A stretch of 64,000 bases of DNA from Firmicutes bacterium ADurb.Bin300 (GTDB lineage: Bacteria; Bacillota; Clostridia; Oscillospirales; Acutalibacteraceae), in contig MWBL01000001.1 of assembly GCA_002069015.1 (NCBI GenBank), positions 24,967 to 88,966 on the forward strand. Reading direction: 5' to 3'. This document shows positions 1 through 9,785 of the stretch, piece by piece. The position numbers were made by a program, and so were the translations under genes. The notes below the pieces were generated by a model, which made no database searches, was not told the origin of the DNA, and saw only the letters and a list, made by a program, of their open reading frames with translations. Numbering within the stretch: the stretch's first letter is position 1; each line of letters begins with the position of its first letter.

Positions 1-2189
1 ACGATAAAAGACATCGTTACCGTTCCCTCTCCAACGCCCTCGGTCTTATTGTAATAGAAATTACCGGTGGCAAACTCCTCGTCGGTAAAATAGTCAATAT
101 CGCTGTACTGCGCGTCAAAAGCGGCAATGTTTTTCAGCACTTCCGGAACGCCTGTGGCATTTTCAATAAAGCTGTTTTGATTGGCGAAGGGATTGTTATC
201 GTCGTGCACCCAAAAAGATAAATTTGAGTCTGTCCTAAAAGCAATAGGCAGATAATAATTATTGCGGTATGCCTTAAAAGTCCCGTAGGATGCGACTTCG
301 GTATAAAGATTGTGGTTGCTGATTTTACTGCTGTTGTCAACAAGATACTTAAGTGCAAACATTGCGTTATACACCGGAGTTTGAGGGTTGTAGGTGTGAC
401 TGTTTATATAGTTACTGTAAAGACCAAGATGGTAGTGCAGATTTGAGACTTTTTCATATGCCATTGAAGAAAAGGTTGAAACGCCGTTGTAGCCGTACCA
501 GGCAGGGTCCATTCGCGCTCTGATTTTAGTCAGCTCCATCCTGTACCTGTCATTACCCTCCTGCTTGTCAAGCATGTCCTTAACAGCGACAAAATCATCG
601 TAATCACCGGTATATGATTGCTTGCTTTGGTCCATGCTGTAATGGTTTGTATTAGCTACCGTGTATTCCGCGCATACGGCACAAAGAAGCAAAGCTGCGA
701 CGGCATATGCAGGGTATCGTTTATCCCTGAGCATACACAAGGTAGAAACATAGATTCCCGCAAAAGCAATCGTTATCCATAAGGTAAGCTCCGTAAAGTT
801 TTTGGAACCGATTTCTTGAACGAGGACAGAAAACAGAATTACAGCAACACCCGCACCGAGTATTTGTCTTCCGGTAAATTCCTTTAGGGACTTATACGCC
901 TTAAAAGCAAGAATCAGCAGTAAAAACGAGTACATATTTGAAAATCTGTATGGCAAATCATTAGGAAAATGAAAACCATGCCAAATGAAATTCAACTTAT
1001 TAAGATAAAATGACGCGAAGAAAACTCCGAGTAAAGTGATATCGGCAGCTTTTTCCCTTACCGAGGTTTTTTTAGAGAATAAATACAATGGCAAGAGCAA
1101 AAGCGGAAGGACACCGCAGTAAATATTGGGGAGGACATCTTCTCCGCTACTTCTTATGGTTGGGTTAAGATACGCAAGGTGATTTGACAAAAAGTCAAAA
1201 ACACTGAAGTAGGTTTTCCAGTTCTGCGGCCACGAGTCAGAAGTTGCGGAGCACGCGTTTAATATATAGTAAAGGGGGACAAGCAGGAAGGCACAAGAGA
1301 GAAGAGCGCCTAATGAGGTAAAGGCGAACCTGACCCCGCTGTCAAGGAAGCGGGAATTCCTGAAAAAGCGACCAATCTTTATAAGCAGCCTTTTAAGAGG
1401 AGCTTTATCCTTTGAGACGCTTGCGAGCTTTCCGAAATAAGTGTCATTAAGAGTGTGCCGACCGAAATAATAAGCAAAGAAATATAAAACAGAGAATATT
1501 GCGAGCATATAAGCCATATAGAAGTTTGTTAATGCGGCAAGCACCAGTGAAAGATAGTAAAGCTTCATCTTTCTTTCGTTTATAAGCTTCTCAATGCCCA
1601 GGGCGACCAAGGGAAGAAGATAAAAACCGTCAAGCCACATTACATTCCAATAATACGCTATAAAAAACCCGCTGCACGCATACAGAACTCCGAAGGCGGA
1701 GGTTGCGGGGCTTTTCAGTTTCTGCGAATTTCCGAAGTAATAGGAGCTTGTAAAGGAAGCCGCAGCCGCTTTGAGCAGAATAATCGCGGCTATAGCCTCC
1801 GGCATATTTTTATGTCCGAAAAGAAGAATCAGAAAAGAAAAAGGAGAGGAGACATAGTTGAGGTAGTTGCCTAAAAAGCTTGAACCGCCACCCGTGGTCC
1901 AAGAATACAGAAAAGAAGAGCCGTTGACAATTCTGTCATAAAACTCCGCGTAAAGAGGACCGTATTGATGATATAGGTCCATCCTTAAAATAGTTATATT
2001 ACCGAACGGAAAAAGATCATAGCAAAAATAAACTACAATCATTATTAAAGACGTGCACGCTGCGGCAATAAGTGCAAACCTGTTTTCATATACGGTCTTT
2101 CTGATTGCTTCGCCGTTTAGCTTAAATCTTTTTTCAGTGCTTTTTACTGCCGTATTTTCCGTTGGGTTAATTTGCTTATTCCTGTCCAA
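1..2189 (-). CDS. YfhO-family-like polytopic membrane protein, C-terminal end beyond left window edge
   Basis: Minus-strand frame is open from TTG at 2189 (GAGGG about 7 nt upstream) to position 1 with no stop. It is absent from the ORF track because no stop lies in the window. My translation runs MDRNKQINPTENTAV...LYHQYGPLYAEFYDRIVNG... with many hydrophobic segments, resembling YfhO-type membrane proteins. Confidence 0.7.
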   Translation of the reverse strand, partial: MDRNKQINPTENTAVKSTEKRFKLNGEAIRKTVYENRFALIAAACTSLIMIVVYFCYDLFPFGNITILRMDLYHQYGPLYAEFYDRIVNGSSFLYSWTTGGGSSFLGNYLNYVSSPFSFLILLFGHKNMPEAIAAIILLKAAAASFTSSYYFGNSQKLKSPATSAFGVLYACSGFFIAYYWNVMWLDGFYLLPLVALGIEKLINERKMKLYYLSLVLAALTNFYMAYMLAIFSVLYFFAYYFGRHTLNDTYFGKLASVSKDKAPLKRLLIKIGRFFRNSRFLDSGVRFAFTSLGALLSCAFLLVPLYYILNACSATSDSWPQNWKTYFSVFDFLSNHLAYLNPTIRSSGEDVLPNIYCGVLPLLLLPLYLFSKKTSVREKAADITLLGVFFASFYLNKLNFIWHGFHFPNDLPYRFSNMYSFLLLILAFKAYKSLKEFTGRQILGAGVAVILFSVLVQEIGSKNFTELTLWITIAFAGIYVSTLCMLRDKRYPAYAVAALLLCAVCAEYTVANTNHYSMDQSKQSYTGDYDDFVAVKDMLDKQEGNDRYRMELTKIRARMDPAWYGYNGVSTFSSMAYEKVSNLHYHLGLYSNYINSHTYNPQTPVYNAMFALKYLVDNSSKISNHNLYTEVASYGTFKAYRNNYYLPIAFRTDSNLSFWVHDDNNPFANQNSFIENATGVPEVLKNIAAFDAQYSDIDYFTDEEFATGNFYYNKTEGVGEGTVTMSFI

Positions 2190-2336
2190 CGATTGACCCT
2201 CTTTCAATCAAAGAAATATTTTATAAATAATACCATATTTATGTAATCGTTTCAACAATTAAATTATTGTAATATTTCTATGCTTAAACAGATTCGTATT
2301 CGTTCTAATTTCGGACAAGTGTTAATAATATTTAAT

Positions 2337-3266
2337 ATGAAAAATTTCAAGGAAGCTGTTTCGCTGCTGCCAAAGGATTTAAGAAACGAACTTTTGTCGG
2401 TGAGCGAAGAGACAATGGCTAAAATAAGTGAAGTAAGACTCAGAGCAGGGAGAAGCGCATCATTTATTATTGACGGAGCCGTTATGTATTTATGCGCAGG
2501 CGGAAGAATGTCCTCAATTTATCCGTCAACAGGCGTAGTACTCGGTGCGCAGAGACTTGAAGAAACAGTTACCGCGCTTTGCAGGTATTCGGTTCACTCG
2601 TTTACAGAGTGCATTAACCGAGGATATGTGACACTGCCGGGAGGACACAGGGCCGGAATATGCGGTACGGCATCGGTAAAGGATGGAGAGATTACCGCGG
2701 TAAGATGCTTTACTTCAATAAACATACGAATAGCACGAGACTTTTACGGATGCTGCAAGGGCGTGCTTTCTAAGCTTGAGGGTTGTCATAGCTTTCTGAT
2801 AATAGGACCTCCCATGTCCGGGAAAACAACTCTTTTAAGGGATTTGTGCAGGTGGTTTTCGGATGAAATAAACTGCCCGAAAAAGCTTGCTGTTATTGAC
2901 GAAAGAGATGAGATAGCTGCTTTGGCGGCGGGAGCGCAGGGCAGAAATCTCGGAGTAAACACAGATGTGTTGTCGCTTTATCCCAAGGGAACGGGAATTG
3001 AAATAGCACTCAGATGCTTTTCGCCCGATATAATAGTACTTGATGAAATAGGAGGTCTTTCGGAAGCGAGCAAAATCCTTGAGGGCGTGAATTCCGGTGT
3101 TGATTTTATAGCTACAGCTCACGGCTCATGTTTGGAGGAAGCGGTTTCAAGACCGCAGATAAAATTGCTTCTTACAAGCGGTGCGTTTAGGAAGGTAGTT
3201 ATTCTCGGCGGGAGAGAAAACCCCGGCACGGTTAAAGAGGTATTCGATAGCGAAAATTTATTTTAG
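2337..3266 (+). CDS. spoIIIAA: Stage III sporulation protein AA (AAA+ ATPase)
   Basis: Walker A GPPMSGKTTLLRD and Walker B-like IIVLDEIG. It is the first gene of an 8-gene spoIIIA-sized series. ATG at 2337 (MKNFKEAV) gives about 309 aa, the typical size; the track start 2280 is probably an over-extension. Confidence 0.9.
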   Translation: MKNFKEAVSLLPKDLRNELLSVSEETMAKISEVRLRAGRSASFIIDGAVMYLCAGGRMSSIYPSTGVVLGAQRLEETVTALCRYSVHSFTECINRGYVTLPGGHRAGICGTASVKDGEITAVRCFTSINIRIARDFYGCCKGVLSKLEGCHSFLIIGPPMSGKTTLLRDLCRWFSDEINCPKKLAVIDERDEIAALAAGAQGRNLGVNTDVLSLYPKGTGIEIALRCFSPDIIVLDEIGGLSEASKILEGVNSGVDFIATAHGSCLEEAVSRPQIKLLLTSGAFRKVVILGGRENPGTVKEVFDSENLF

Positions 3267-3278
3267 GAGCAAAAAAAG

Positions 3279-3794
3279 TTGAGATACGCAGCAATCGCTT
3301 GTTTTGTATTCATTCCCCTTATCTGGTCTTCGGAAAAGGTAAAAGGACTAAGGTTAAGGGCTGAGCTTTTTCAGGAAATCTGTCATATGCTGACAACGGT
3401 AAAAATGCGGCTGCAGTTTGACAATCCCACGACCGGCGAGCTGATATCTTCCCTGTGCCGGGAGGAAAGACTGAAAAGGCTCGGTTTTTTGACAGCCTGC
3501 TTCGACTCACTCAAAGGCAAGGGCGATTCGTTTCATAAAATGTGGGAGCAGGCTGTCCGAACGGATGAGATGATAAAAAAGTACTTTCCGTCGGCGGATG
3601 TAAACGCTCTTGTATCATTCGGGAACACTCTCGGAACAACCGATACCGCTTGTCAGCTTGAGTTTTGCGAAAAATGCATCGGTCAATTCGAGGAAAAAAG
3701 AGCTGCAGCCATTTCCGAAAAAACGAGACTGGGGAAGATGTATATTACCTTAGGCATGGCGGCGGCATTTACTTTATTAATACTTTTGATTTAA
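3279..3794 (+). CDS. spoIIIAB: Stage III sporulation protein AB
   Basis: 171 aa, N- and C-terminal TM segments. Position and size match spoIIIAB. AGGAG lies 9 nt before the TTG start. Confidence 0.8.
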   Translation: MRYAAIACFVFIPLIWSSEKVKGLRLRAELFQEICHMLTTVKMRLQFDNPTTGELISSLCREERLKRLGFLTACFDSLKGKGDSFHKMWEQAVRTDEMIKKYFPSADVNALVSFGNTLGTTDTACQLEFCEKCIGQFEEKRAAAISEKTRLGKMYITLGMAAAFTLLILLI

Positions 3795-3809
3795 CGGAGA
3801 GGAAGTTAC

Positions 3810-4004
3810 ATGGGAATTGAGTTCGTAATCAAAATAGCGGCCATAGGAATAATCGTGGGAGTTCTTAATCAAGTGCTTACAAAATCAGGTAAAGAAGAGT
3901 ACGCAATGGCTACAACCATCGCCGGTCTGATTTTAGTGATCGCTATGATATTGCCGAAAATAGGCGCTTTGATTTCCGAACTAAAAGGGATGTTTGGCAT
4001 ATGA
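3810..4004 (+). CDS. spoIIIAC: Stage III sporulation protein AC
   Basis: 64-aa two-TM protein (IAAIGIIVGVLNQVL...), third in the operon, overlapping the next gene. Confidence 0.85.
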   Translation: MGIEFVIKIAAIGIIVGVLNQVLTKSGKEEYAMATTIAGLILVIAMILPKIGALISELKGMFGI

Positions 4005-4393
4005 GACTGGAAATCATCGAAATATCAGGACTTGCCATATTGGGCGTAGCAGTGATATTGCAAATAAAAAAACACGCTCCCGAATTCACCCTTCCCGTAC
4101 AGTTGGCAGTGATATGTATTGCCTTTGCATTTACTGCAGGGTATTTTACGGATGTCATAAGGGCTGTTATAGAGTTGTCCGAATTCGGAAATTCCTCAGT
4201 GAAATATGCGGGAATTTTGTTGAAGGCAAGCGGGGTGACGATTGCGGGTAACCTTGCTTGTGATATTTGCAAGGACAGCGGAGAGACAGCTTTGGCAGGT
4301 ATTATCGACCTTATTGTAAAGGTAATAGTTATATCGCTTTCGCTTCCGATAATCAAGCTATTGCTGCATATGTCATTCGGGTTGATGAAATGA
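4001..4393 (+). CDS. spoIIIAD: Stage III sporulation protein AD
   Basis: 130-aa multi-TM protein. ATGA overlaps with both neighbours. Size and order match spoIIIAD. Confidence 0.85.
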   Translation: MRLEIIEISGLAILGVAVILQIKKHAPEFTLPVQLAVICIAFAFTAGYFTDVIRAVIELSEFGNSSVKYAGILLKASGVTIAGNLACDICKDSGETALAGIIDLIVKVIVISLSLPIIKLLLHMSFGLMK

Positions 4394-5517
4394 TGAAAAA
4401 AAGAACGTTGAAAATGTGCGAGTTTGCGGTTGTGTTTTTGCTCCTTTTACCTCTTGTAACGCAAATGGCTTTTGCGTCGGACGGGGAGATTGACAGCTAT
4501 AAAGAATTTGACCGGAGTGAGGAACTGTTTTCTGCTCTTGATGATGAAACAAAGGAGCTTTTAGAAGATATAGGCATAACGCAGGTCGAAATAAAAGAGC
4601 TTTTTGGCGTGGGCTTCAATCGGGTTATAGGAGCAATATTCAATTTACTTACAGGCTCGTTAAGAGAAAAAGCTTTGATTTGTTCTTCCGTTATGGGTGC
4701 AATGCTTGTCCTTTCGATTGTTTCTTCGGTCTCGGCACAAAGCGGCGGCAGGGGCATTGAAATTACCGGGTATTGTGTGCTCGCTCTTATTGTCGGACTG
4801 CCGCTTGTTTCCCTTGTTTCCCTTGTACAAAGCGTTTTCGTTTCGGCACTTAACTTTATGAAAGCGTTTATTCCGATTTATGCGGCAATTATAGCGGCCT
4901 CCGGAAAACCTGTTCTTGCCCTTTCGTTTAATACATCGGTTCTTGCGCTTGGAGAGTTTATAGTGTACTTCGTAGAAAATATTTATGCCCCGTTTACCGG
5001 AATGATTTTTTGTCTTGCTTTTGTGGGGGGGATTTCAGATTTTATTGACTTTGAAAATGTCATAGCAGGTATTAAAAAAGGCATAACCTTTATTTTAGGG
5101 CTTTCGGCGACTCTTTTTTCGGGACTTCTTTCTATCAAAGGCGTTTTGGCGGCAAGCTCGGACAGCGTAGGAGCAAAGGGAATAAGGTTTATTATAGGCT
5201 CGTCCGTACCTGTTGTGGGCAATTCGGTAAGCGAGGCATTTGCCTCTGTAATGGCGGGACTATCCCTTGTAAAAAATACAGTCGGAGCGTTTGGGATTGT
5301 AGCTGTTTTTGCCATATTTCTGCCTGTGCTCATTGAAATTATCGCATGGCTTGTTATTCTGAACATTTCCTTTGTTTTTTCAAAAACCTTGGGATGCAAT
5401 AAGGAAAGTGTCTTGTTTCGCGGTTTAGGCTCTTGCCTATCGCTTCTTTTGGCATCTACCGTAATAACGCTTGTAGTGCTGATAGTATCGTGCGGCATAA
5501 TACTTAAGATAGCGTGA
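4390..5517 (+). CDS. spoIIIAE: Stage III sporulation protein AE
   Basis: Signal-like N-terminus MMKKRTLKMCEFAVVFLLLLPLV followed by a polytopic membrane domain. ATG at 4390 overlaps the spoIIIAD stop (ATGA). The track start 4267 lies inside spoIIIAD. Confidence 0.85.
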   Translation: MMKKRTLKMCEFAVVFLLLLPLVTQMAFASDGEIDSYKEFDRSEELFSALDDETKELLEDIGITQVEIKELFGVGFNRVIGAIFNLLTGSLREKALICSSVMGAMLVLSIVSSVSAQSGGRGIEITGYCVLALIVGLPLVSLVSLVQSVFVSALNFMKAFIPIYAAIIAASGKPVLALSFNTSVLALGEFIVYFVENIYAPFTGMIFCLAFVGGISDFIDFENVIAGIKKGITFILGLSATLFSGLLSIKGVLAASSDSVGAKGIRFIIGSSVPVVGNSVSEAFASVMAGLSLVKNTVGAFGIVAVFAIFLPVLIEIIAWLVILNISFVFSKTLGCNKESVLFRGLGSCLSLLLASTVITLVVLIVSCGIILKIA

Positions 5518-5521
5518 TGAT

Positions 5522-5998
5522 ATGGACTTATTAAAAGAAACGGCTGTAAATATTGCTGTATGCTCGATAATAAGCGCAGTTGTGCTGATGTTTGTCGGGA
5601 AGGAATCATCTCAAAAAGCCGTCAGAATTCTTTTGAGTATGACCTTAATTACGGTAATTGTAATTCCGTTAACTTCTTATAAGGAAATAGGAAATGAGAT
5701 TTTCCGATACTACGAGGAAGCCCAAACAGACAGTTATTATTATGAAAGAGAGAAGCTTAACGAGAATGTGTTAAAAAAATACGAGCTTGCGCTGGAAGAG
5801 GTAATCGGAGAAATTCTTACAAAAAAAGGCGTGTCCGATTATAAAGTAAGCGTAAAAGCAAAAGGCTATGGGGAATACGGAATAAACATTACAAGTGTTC
5901 GCATATATTTGAAGGACGAGTACAAAAAGCTGCAGGAAGAAATCATCAATGCCGTATATGATGAGATTAATATAAAAGCGGAGATAAATTATGGATAA
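5522..5998 (+). CDS. spoIIIAF: Stage III sporulation protein AF
   Basis: 158 aa, two N-terminal TM segments plus a soluble domain, sixth in the operon. Confidence 0.75.
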   Translation: MDLLKETAVNIAVCSIISAVVLMFVGKESSQKAVRILLSMTLITVIVIPLTSYKEIGNEIFRYYEEAQTDSYYYEREKLNENVLKKYELALEEVIGEILTKKGVSDYKVSVKAKGYGEYGINITSVRIYLKDEYKKLQEEIINAVYDEINIKAEINYG

Positions 5999-6557
5999 GG
6001 AAAACAATCTGAAAAGATTATCGGATAAATTAAAGCAGGATAAAAAACTCGCCTTAATAGTCGTTTTGGCAATTGTCGGCTCTCTTTTACTAATTTTAAG
6101 CGAAATAATACCGAGCAGGAGGAGCGAAGAGGAGAAAAAAGTTATTCTTGGTGAAAATGACGTGTATCTAACCGAATACAGGACGGCTCTCGAAGACAAT
6201 CTTGAGAGAATGATTTCAAAAATTGCCGGGGCAGGCGAATGCTGCGTAATGATAACTCTCGAGTGTTCCGTTGAAAGGGTTTACGCTCAAAATATAAGCT
6301 CCGGAAGCGATTATTTTGAGGGTAAAAACAACCAAAACGGCACGAGCGAGCATGTAATTATCAAATCCGGAACCGGCATTGAGGGCGGTCTTTTGATATC
6401 CGTAATAGAGCCAAGGGTACGGGGAGTAGCAGTCGTTTGTGAGGGTGGCGATTCATATATAATTAAAACGGCAATTACGGATACCGTAACAGCTCTTTTT
6501 TCAATAGGGGGCAATAAGGTATCTGTTGCAAAAATGAAACCTTTAGGGGAGGAATGA
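5991..6557 (+). CDS. spoIIIAG: Stage III sporulation protein AG
   Basis: 188 aa, single N-terminal TM. C-terminal VRGVAVVCEGG motif is typical of the SpoIIIAG ring-forming domain. Seventh in the operon. Confidence 0.8.
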   Translation: MDKENNLKRLSDKLKQDKKLALIVVLAIVGSLLLILSEIIPSRRSEEEKKVILGENDVYLTEYRTALEDNLERMISKIAGAGECCVMITLECSVERVYAQNISSGSDYFEGKNNQNGTSEHVIIKSGTGIEGGLLISVIEPRVRGVAVVCEGGDSYIIKTAITDTVTALFSIGGNKVSVAKMKPLGEE

Positions 6558-7123
6558 ACTTGAACGTTCTGATTAAAAGGAGACAACTCATCATGGCGGC
6601 GCTTATCGTAGTTCTCGGAGCGGCGGTCTTTGTGAATTGGTATTTCACAAACGGGGATAAGAATTTGGGTAAGGATAATAACGCAACCGGGGAGCATGCG
6701 CAAAACCTCGGTGAAGCGCAGTTAGTTGACAACAAATCCGATACATCCTCAAGCACAGATGCCATTTCAGCGAAAGAATATTTTGCGCAAATAAAGCTCA
6801 ACAGGGAAAATTCGCGAGAAGATGCAATGAATAACATCAATGCAGTTCTTGACAGCGCCCAGGTGGATTCAAAGCTTGCGCAAAGCGTAGCGCAATCACT
6901 TGATAAGCTTGTTGCGGAAATAGATCTCGAGTCGTCGATTGAAACTCTCGTATCCGCGAAACTCGGCTGCGAATGTGTTGCCGTCAGCAGTGATAAGTCA
7001 ATACAGGTAGTAGTGGAGAAAGGTAAATTGAATGACTCTGCCGTACTGCAAATTAAGGATATTGTCCTCAAAAACAGCAACATATCCGCTGAAGGCATAA
7101 CAATACTTGAGGCGGGAGCCTAA
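6554..7123 (+). CDS. spoIIIAH: Stage III sporulation protein AH
   Basis: 189 aa, N-terminal TM, polar linker and C-terminal YscJ-like region. Last gene of the operon, ATGA overlap with spoIIIAG. Confidence 0.75.
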   Translation: MNLNVLIKRRQLIMAALIVVLGAAVFVNWYFTNGDKNLGKDNNATGEHAQNLGEAQLVDNKSDTSSSTDAISAKEYFAQIKLNRENSREDAMNNINAVLDSAQVDSKLAQSVAQSLDKLVAEIDLESSIETLVSAKLGCECVAVSSDKSIQVVVEKGKLNDSAVLQIKDIVLKNSNISAEGITILEAGA

Positions 7124-7148
7124 ATCCTATCTTCTTTAATAAAAGATG

Positions 7149-7178
7149 TCAGCACGAGATTAAAAAATCTTGTGCTGA
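7149..7178 (+). terminator. Hairpin after spoIIIAH (weak intrinsic terminator candidate)
   Basis: TCAGCACGAGA-ttaaaaaa-TCTTGTGCTGA, 11-bp stem with one G-U pair. The downstream T-tract is poor. Confidence 0.35.
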
Positions 7179-7214
7179 TATGTAATTCAAATCCTTATTT
7201 GTGCTAAAAGACTT

Positions 7215-8300
7215 TTGGAGTTATTCTATTTGAAAGGCGTGAGCTCAATGTATATCCTCATTGGAGGAAAAAGAATACTTGTTGCTGTCGTCGCTCTTAT
7301 TCTGGTTGTTACGGCCCTTATAGGAGGCTTATCGTATTCGGAAAAGCTAAAGCCGACGAGCGCATCACCAAGCGAAAAGAATGAGGATAAAAAGGAAATT
7401 ATAAAATGGGTTGATTTTAAGGTAACATATGAGGCGCTGGATTACGCCATTAAGCTTGACATAAAGTATCACGAGAGTGAAAGACCTGTAAGCTTTATTG
7501 AGCTGCTTGCCTATACAGCCGCAAAAAACGGAAACAATTTCAGTCGCTTTAAGACGAGCCGGCTCGACGCGATAATAGATAAACTCAACTCCGGTGAAAC
7601 GATGGCTCAGCTAAGCGAAGGGTTGAAGTATTATGACTATTATCTCGAGGCGTATACTGCAATTCTTTCCGGAATTGTGGGAGAATACGAGATAGAGGTT
7701 GACGACGAATTATCCGAAACGGGCAAAAGATGGGAGAGAAAATACGGAATTAAGGCATTTTCGCCGTTTGCAAAGGGCTTCTATTACAGACATTATGACG
7801 ATTTCGGAGCGGGTCGTTCATACGGATTTAACAGAAAGCATTTAGGGCACGATATGATAGGCTCTGTCGGCACTCCCATTATCGCCGTAGAGGGAGGGAT
7901 TATAGAGCAGATGGGCTGGAATCAGTACGGAGGCTGGAGAATCGGAATACGCAGTAAAGACAAAAAAAGGTATTACTATTATGCTCATTTGCGCAAGAAT
8001 TTCCCCTATAACAAAGACCTAAAAGTCGGTTCTGTTGTTCAGGCAGGCGATGTTATAGGGTATCTCGGAAGAACGGGATACAGTATAAAGGAAAACGTGA
8101 ATAATATAAACGTAGCCCATCTGCATATAGGCTTGCAGCTGATTTTTGATGAATCTCAAAAAGAATGCTACAGCGAAATCTGGATAGATGTTTATCCCAT
8201 AATGCAGCTTCTCTACAGAAATAAAAGTGCGGTTGTCAAAAATGAGCAGACAAAGGAATACCGGAGGATTTACGAATTTCGGGAAATTATTGAAGATTAG
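7215..8300 (+). CDS. Membrane-anchored M23 (LytM) family metallopeptidase
   Basis: N-terminal TM (ILVAVVALILVVTALIGGL). Intact Hx3D (HLGHD) and HxH (HLHIGL) M23 motifs. Alternative ATG start at 7248. Confidence 0.85.
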   Translation: MELFYLKGVSSMYILIGGKRILVAVVALILVVTALIGGLSYSEKLKPTSASPSEKNEDKKEIIKWVDFKVTYEALDYAIKLDIKYHESERPVSFIELLAYTAAKNGNNFSRFKTSRLDAIIDKLNSGETMAQLSEGLKYYDYYLEAYTAILSGIVGEYEIEVDDELSETGKRWERKYGIKAFSPFAKGFYYRHYDDFGAGRSYGFNRKHLGHDMIGSVGTPIIAVEGGIIEQMGWNQYGGWRIGIRSKDKKRYYYYAHLRKNFPYNKDLKVGSVVQAGDVIGYLGRTGYSIKENVNNINVAHLHIGLQLIFDESQKECYSEIWIDVYPIMQLLYRNKSAVVKNEQTKEYRRIYEFREIIED

Positions 8301-8331
8301 GCTCAGGGGTAAAACTGCCGAATAATAAAAA

Positions 8332-8366
8332 AATCGCGCTCGACGGTATTCAGCCCGAGCGCGATT
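8332..8366. terminator. GC-rich hairpin with an A-tract on the plus-strand 5' side
   Basis: AATCGCGCTCG-13 nt loop-CGAGCGCGATT. The run of A at 8325-8333 reads as a T-tract only for a minus-strand transcript. Confidence 0.4.
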
Positions 8367-8438
8367 AAGTGTGTCAAAATAAAATTGTTTTCATATGATA
8401 TTTATAATAAAAATATTATTACATAAAGGATGATTTAA

Positions 8439-9716
8439 GTGTTAATTCATACAGTACAGCCCGGGGACAGCATATATTTGATAGCTCGAAGATATGGCGT
8501 TTCCCCCCAAAGGCTTCTTAATGACAATGCAATCGTAAACCCGCAAAGATTGATGATTGGGCAGGCTATTGTAGTTCCCGTAACAAGCGTTCGGCATACG
8601 GTTGCCGCAGGCGAAACACTCTCCTCCATATCCCGCAGATACGGCGTCCCCGTGAGCGAAATAGTGGCGGCAAATCCTGCTATTACAAACCCCAATGTCA
8701 TTAGAGCCGGTCAAGTAATAACCATTCCCTTCCCGGATGAAAAGCTCGGCTCGATATATGTCAACGGCTATGTATTTCCGGGAATAAGCACACAAACATT
8801 GGCAAGGACATTACCTAATCTCACCTTTATCAGCATATTCAGTTATCAGGTAAGAACGGACGGAAGTCTCTCAAGCCTCAATGACCAAGCGATAATAAAT
8901 GCGGCAAGAGCGGCTAATGTTGCCCCGCTGATGGTTATTACAAATATCCGCGAGGGCGGGGGATTCAGCAGTGACATCGCTCACGCCGTGCTTACGAACC
9001 AGACCGCACAGAACAATCTAATCAACGCCATACTTGAGATACTCCCCAAGGGTTATTACGGAATTAATGTCGATTTCGAGTACATTTATCCGTATGACAG
9101 GGAAAGCTATAACCAATTTATCACAAGACTTACACAAATAGTGAAGGCACAAGGGTATATTATAGTAACCTCTCTTGCGCCGAAAACAAGTGCAACTCAG
9201 CCCGGTACCTTATATGAGGCGCACGATTACCCCGTACACGGGGAAACGGTGGATTTCGTTATACTTATGACATACGAATGGGGTTACACTTACGGTCCGG
9301 CTCAGGCTGTTGCCCCATTGAGAGAGGTGAGAAGAGTTCTCGATTATGCTGTTACTGCCATCCCTAACGAGAAAATTCTTATGGGCATACCGAATTACGG
9401 GTATGACTGGACTCTTCCTTTTGTACAGGGGTCGGCGGCAAAGGTTTTGTCAAATACTGCGGCGGCAAATTTAGCCTCTGAGGTAGGGGCGCAAATATTC
9501 TTCGATGAAGCCGCACAATCTCCGTATTTTAACTACTATGACTCTTCGGGAAGGCAGCATGTTGTCTGGTTTGAGGATGCTCGAAGTATACGTTCCAAGC
9601 TTTATGTTGTTGATGAGTATAACCTTGCCGGCGTCAGCTATTGGACGCTCAACAATTACTTCCCTCAAAATTGGATAGTACTTAATTCGATGTTTAATGT
9701 TATTAAGGTGTTATAA
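8439..9716 (+). CDS. LysM-LysM-glycoside hydrolase family 18 protein (YaaH/SleL-like spore peptidoglycan hydrolase)
   Basis: Two N-terminal LysM repeats (HTVQPGDSIYLIARRYGV..., HTVAAGETLSSISRRYGV...). These are followed by a GH18-type barrel with the DFEY motif (INVDFEYIYP). GTG start. Confidence 0.85.
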   Translation: MLIHTVQPGDSIYLIARRYGVSPQRLLNDNAIVNPQRLMIGQAIVVPVTSVRHTVAAGETLSSISRRYGVPVSEIVAANPAITNPNVIRAGQVITIPFPDEKLGSIYVNGYVFPGISTQTLARTLPNLTFISIFSYQVRTDGSLSSLNDQAIINAARAANVAPLMVITNIREGGGFSSDIAHAVLTNQTAQNNLINAILEILPKGYYGINVDFEYIYPYDRESYNQFITRLTQIVKAQGYIIVTSLAPKTSATQPGTLYEAHDYPVHGETVDFVILMTYEWGYTYGPAQAVAPLREVRRVLDYAVTAIPNEKILMGIPNYGYDWTLPFVQGSAAKVLSNTAAANLASEVGAQIFFDEAAQSPYFNYYDSSGRQHVVWFEDARSIRSKLYVVDEYNLAGVSYWTLNNYFPQNWIVLNSMFNVIKVL

Positions 9717-9734
9717 CAGAATTACTAAATGAAA

Positions 9735-9770
9735 CGGAGGCGGCTTCGCAGCTTAACGATACCGCCTCTG
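9735..9770. terminator. Bidirectional hairpin between convergent genes
   Basis: CGGAGGCGG-loop-CCGCCTCTG. T-rich sequence follows on both strands (gtttaaa on plus, tttcattt on minus). Confidence 0.5.
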
Positions 9771-9785
9771 AAGCTTGTTTAAATC

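Noticed and set aside
4267-4389. N-terminal extension of spoIIIAE. Similar extensions occur at 2280, 13314, 17788, 19154, 20466, 24656, 35252 and 37229.
   Set aside because: These extensions overlap the preceding gene or lack an RBS. Internal starts give canonical N-termini, proper SD spacing and typical protein lengths.
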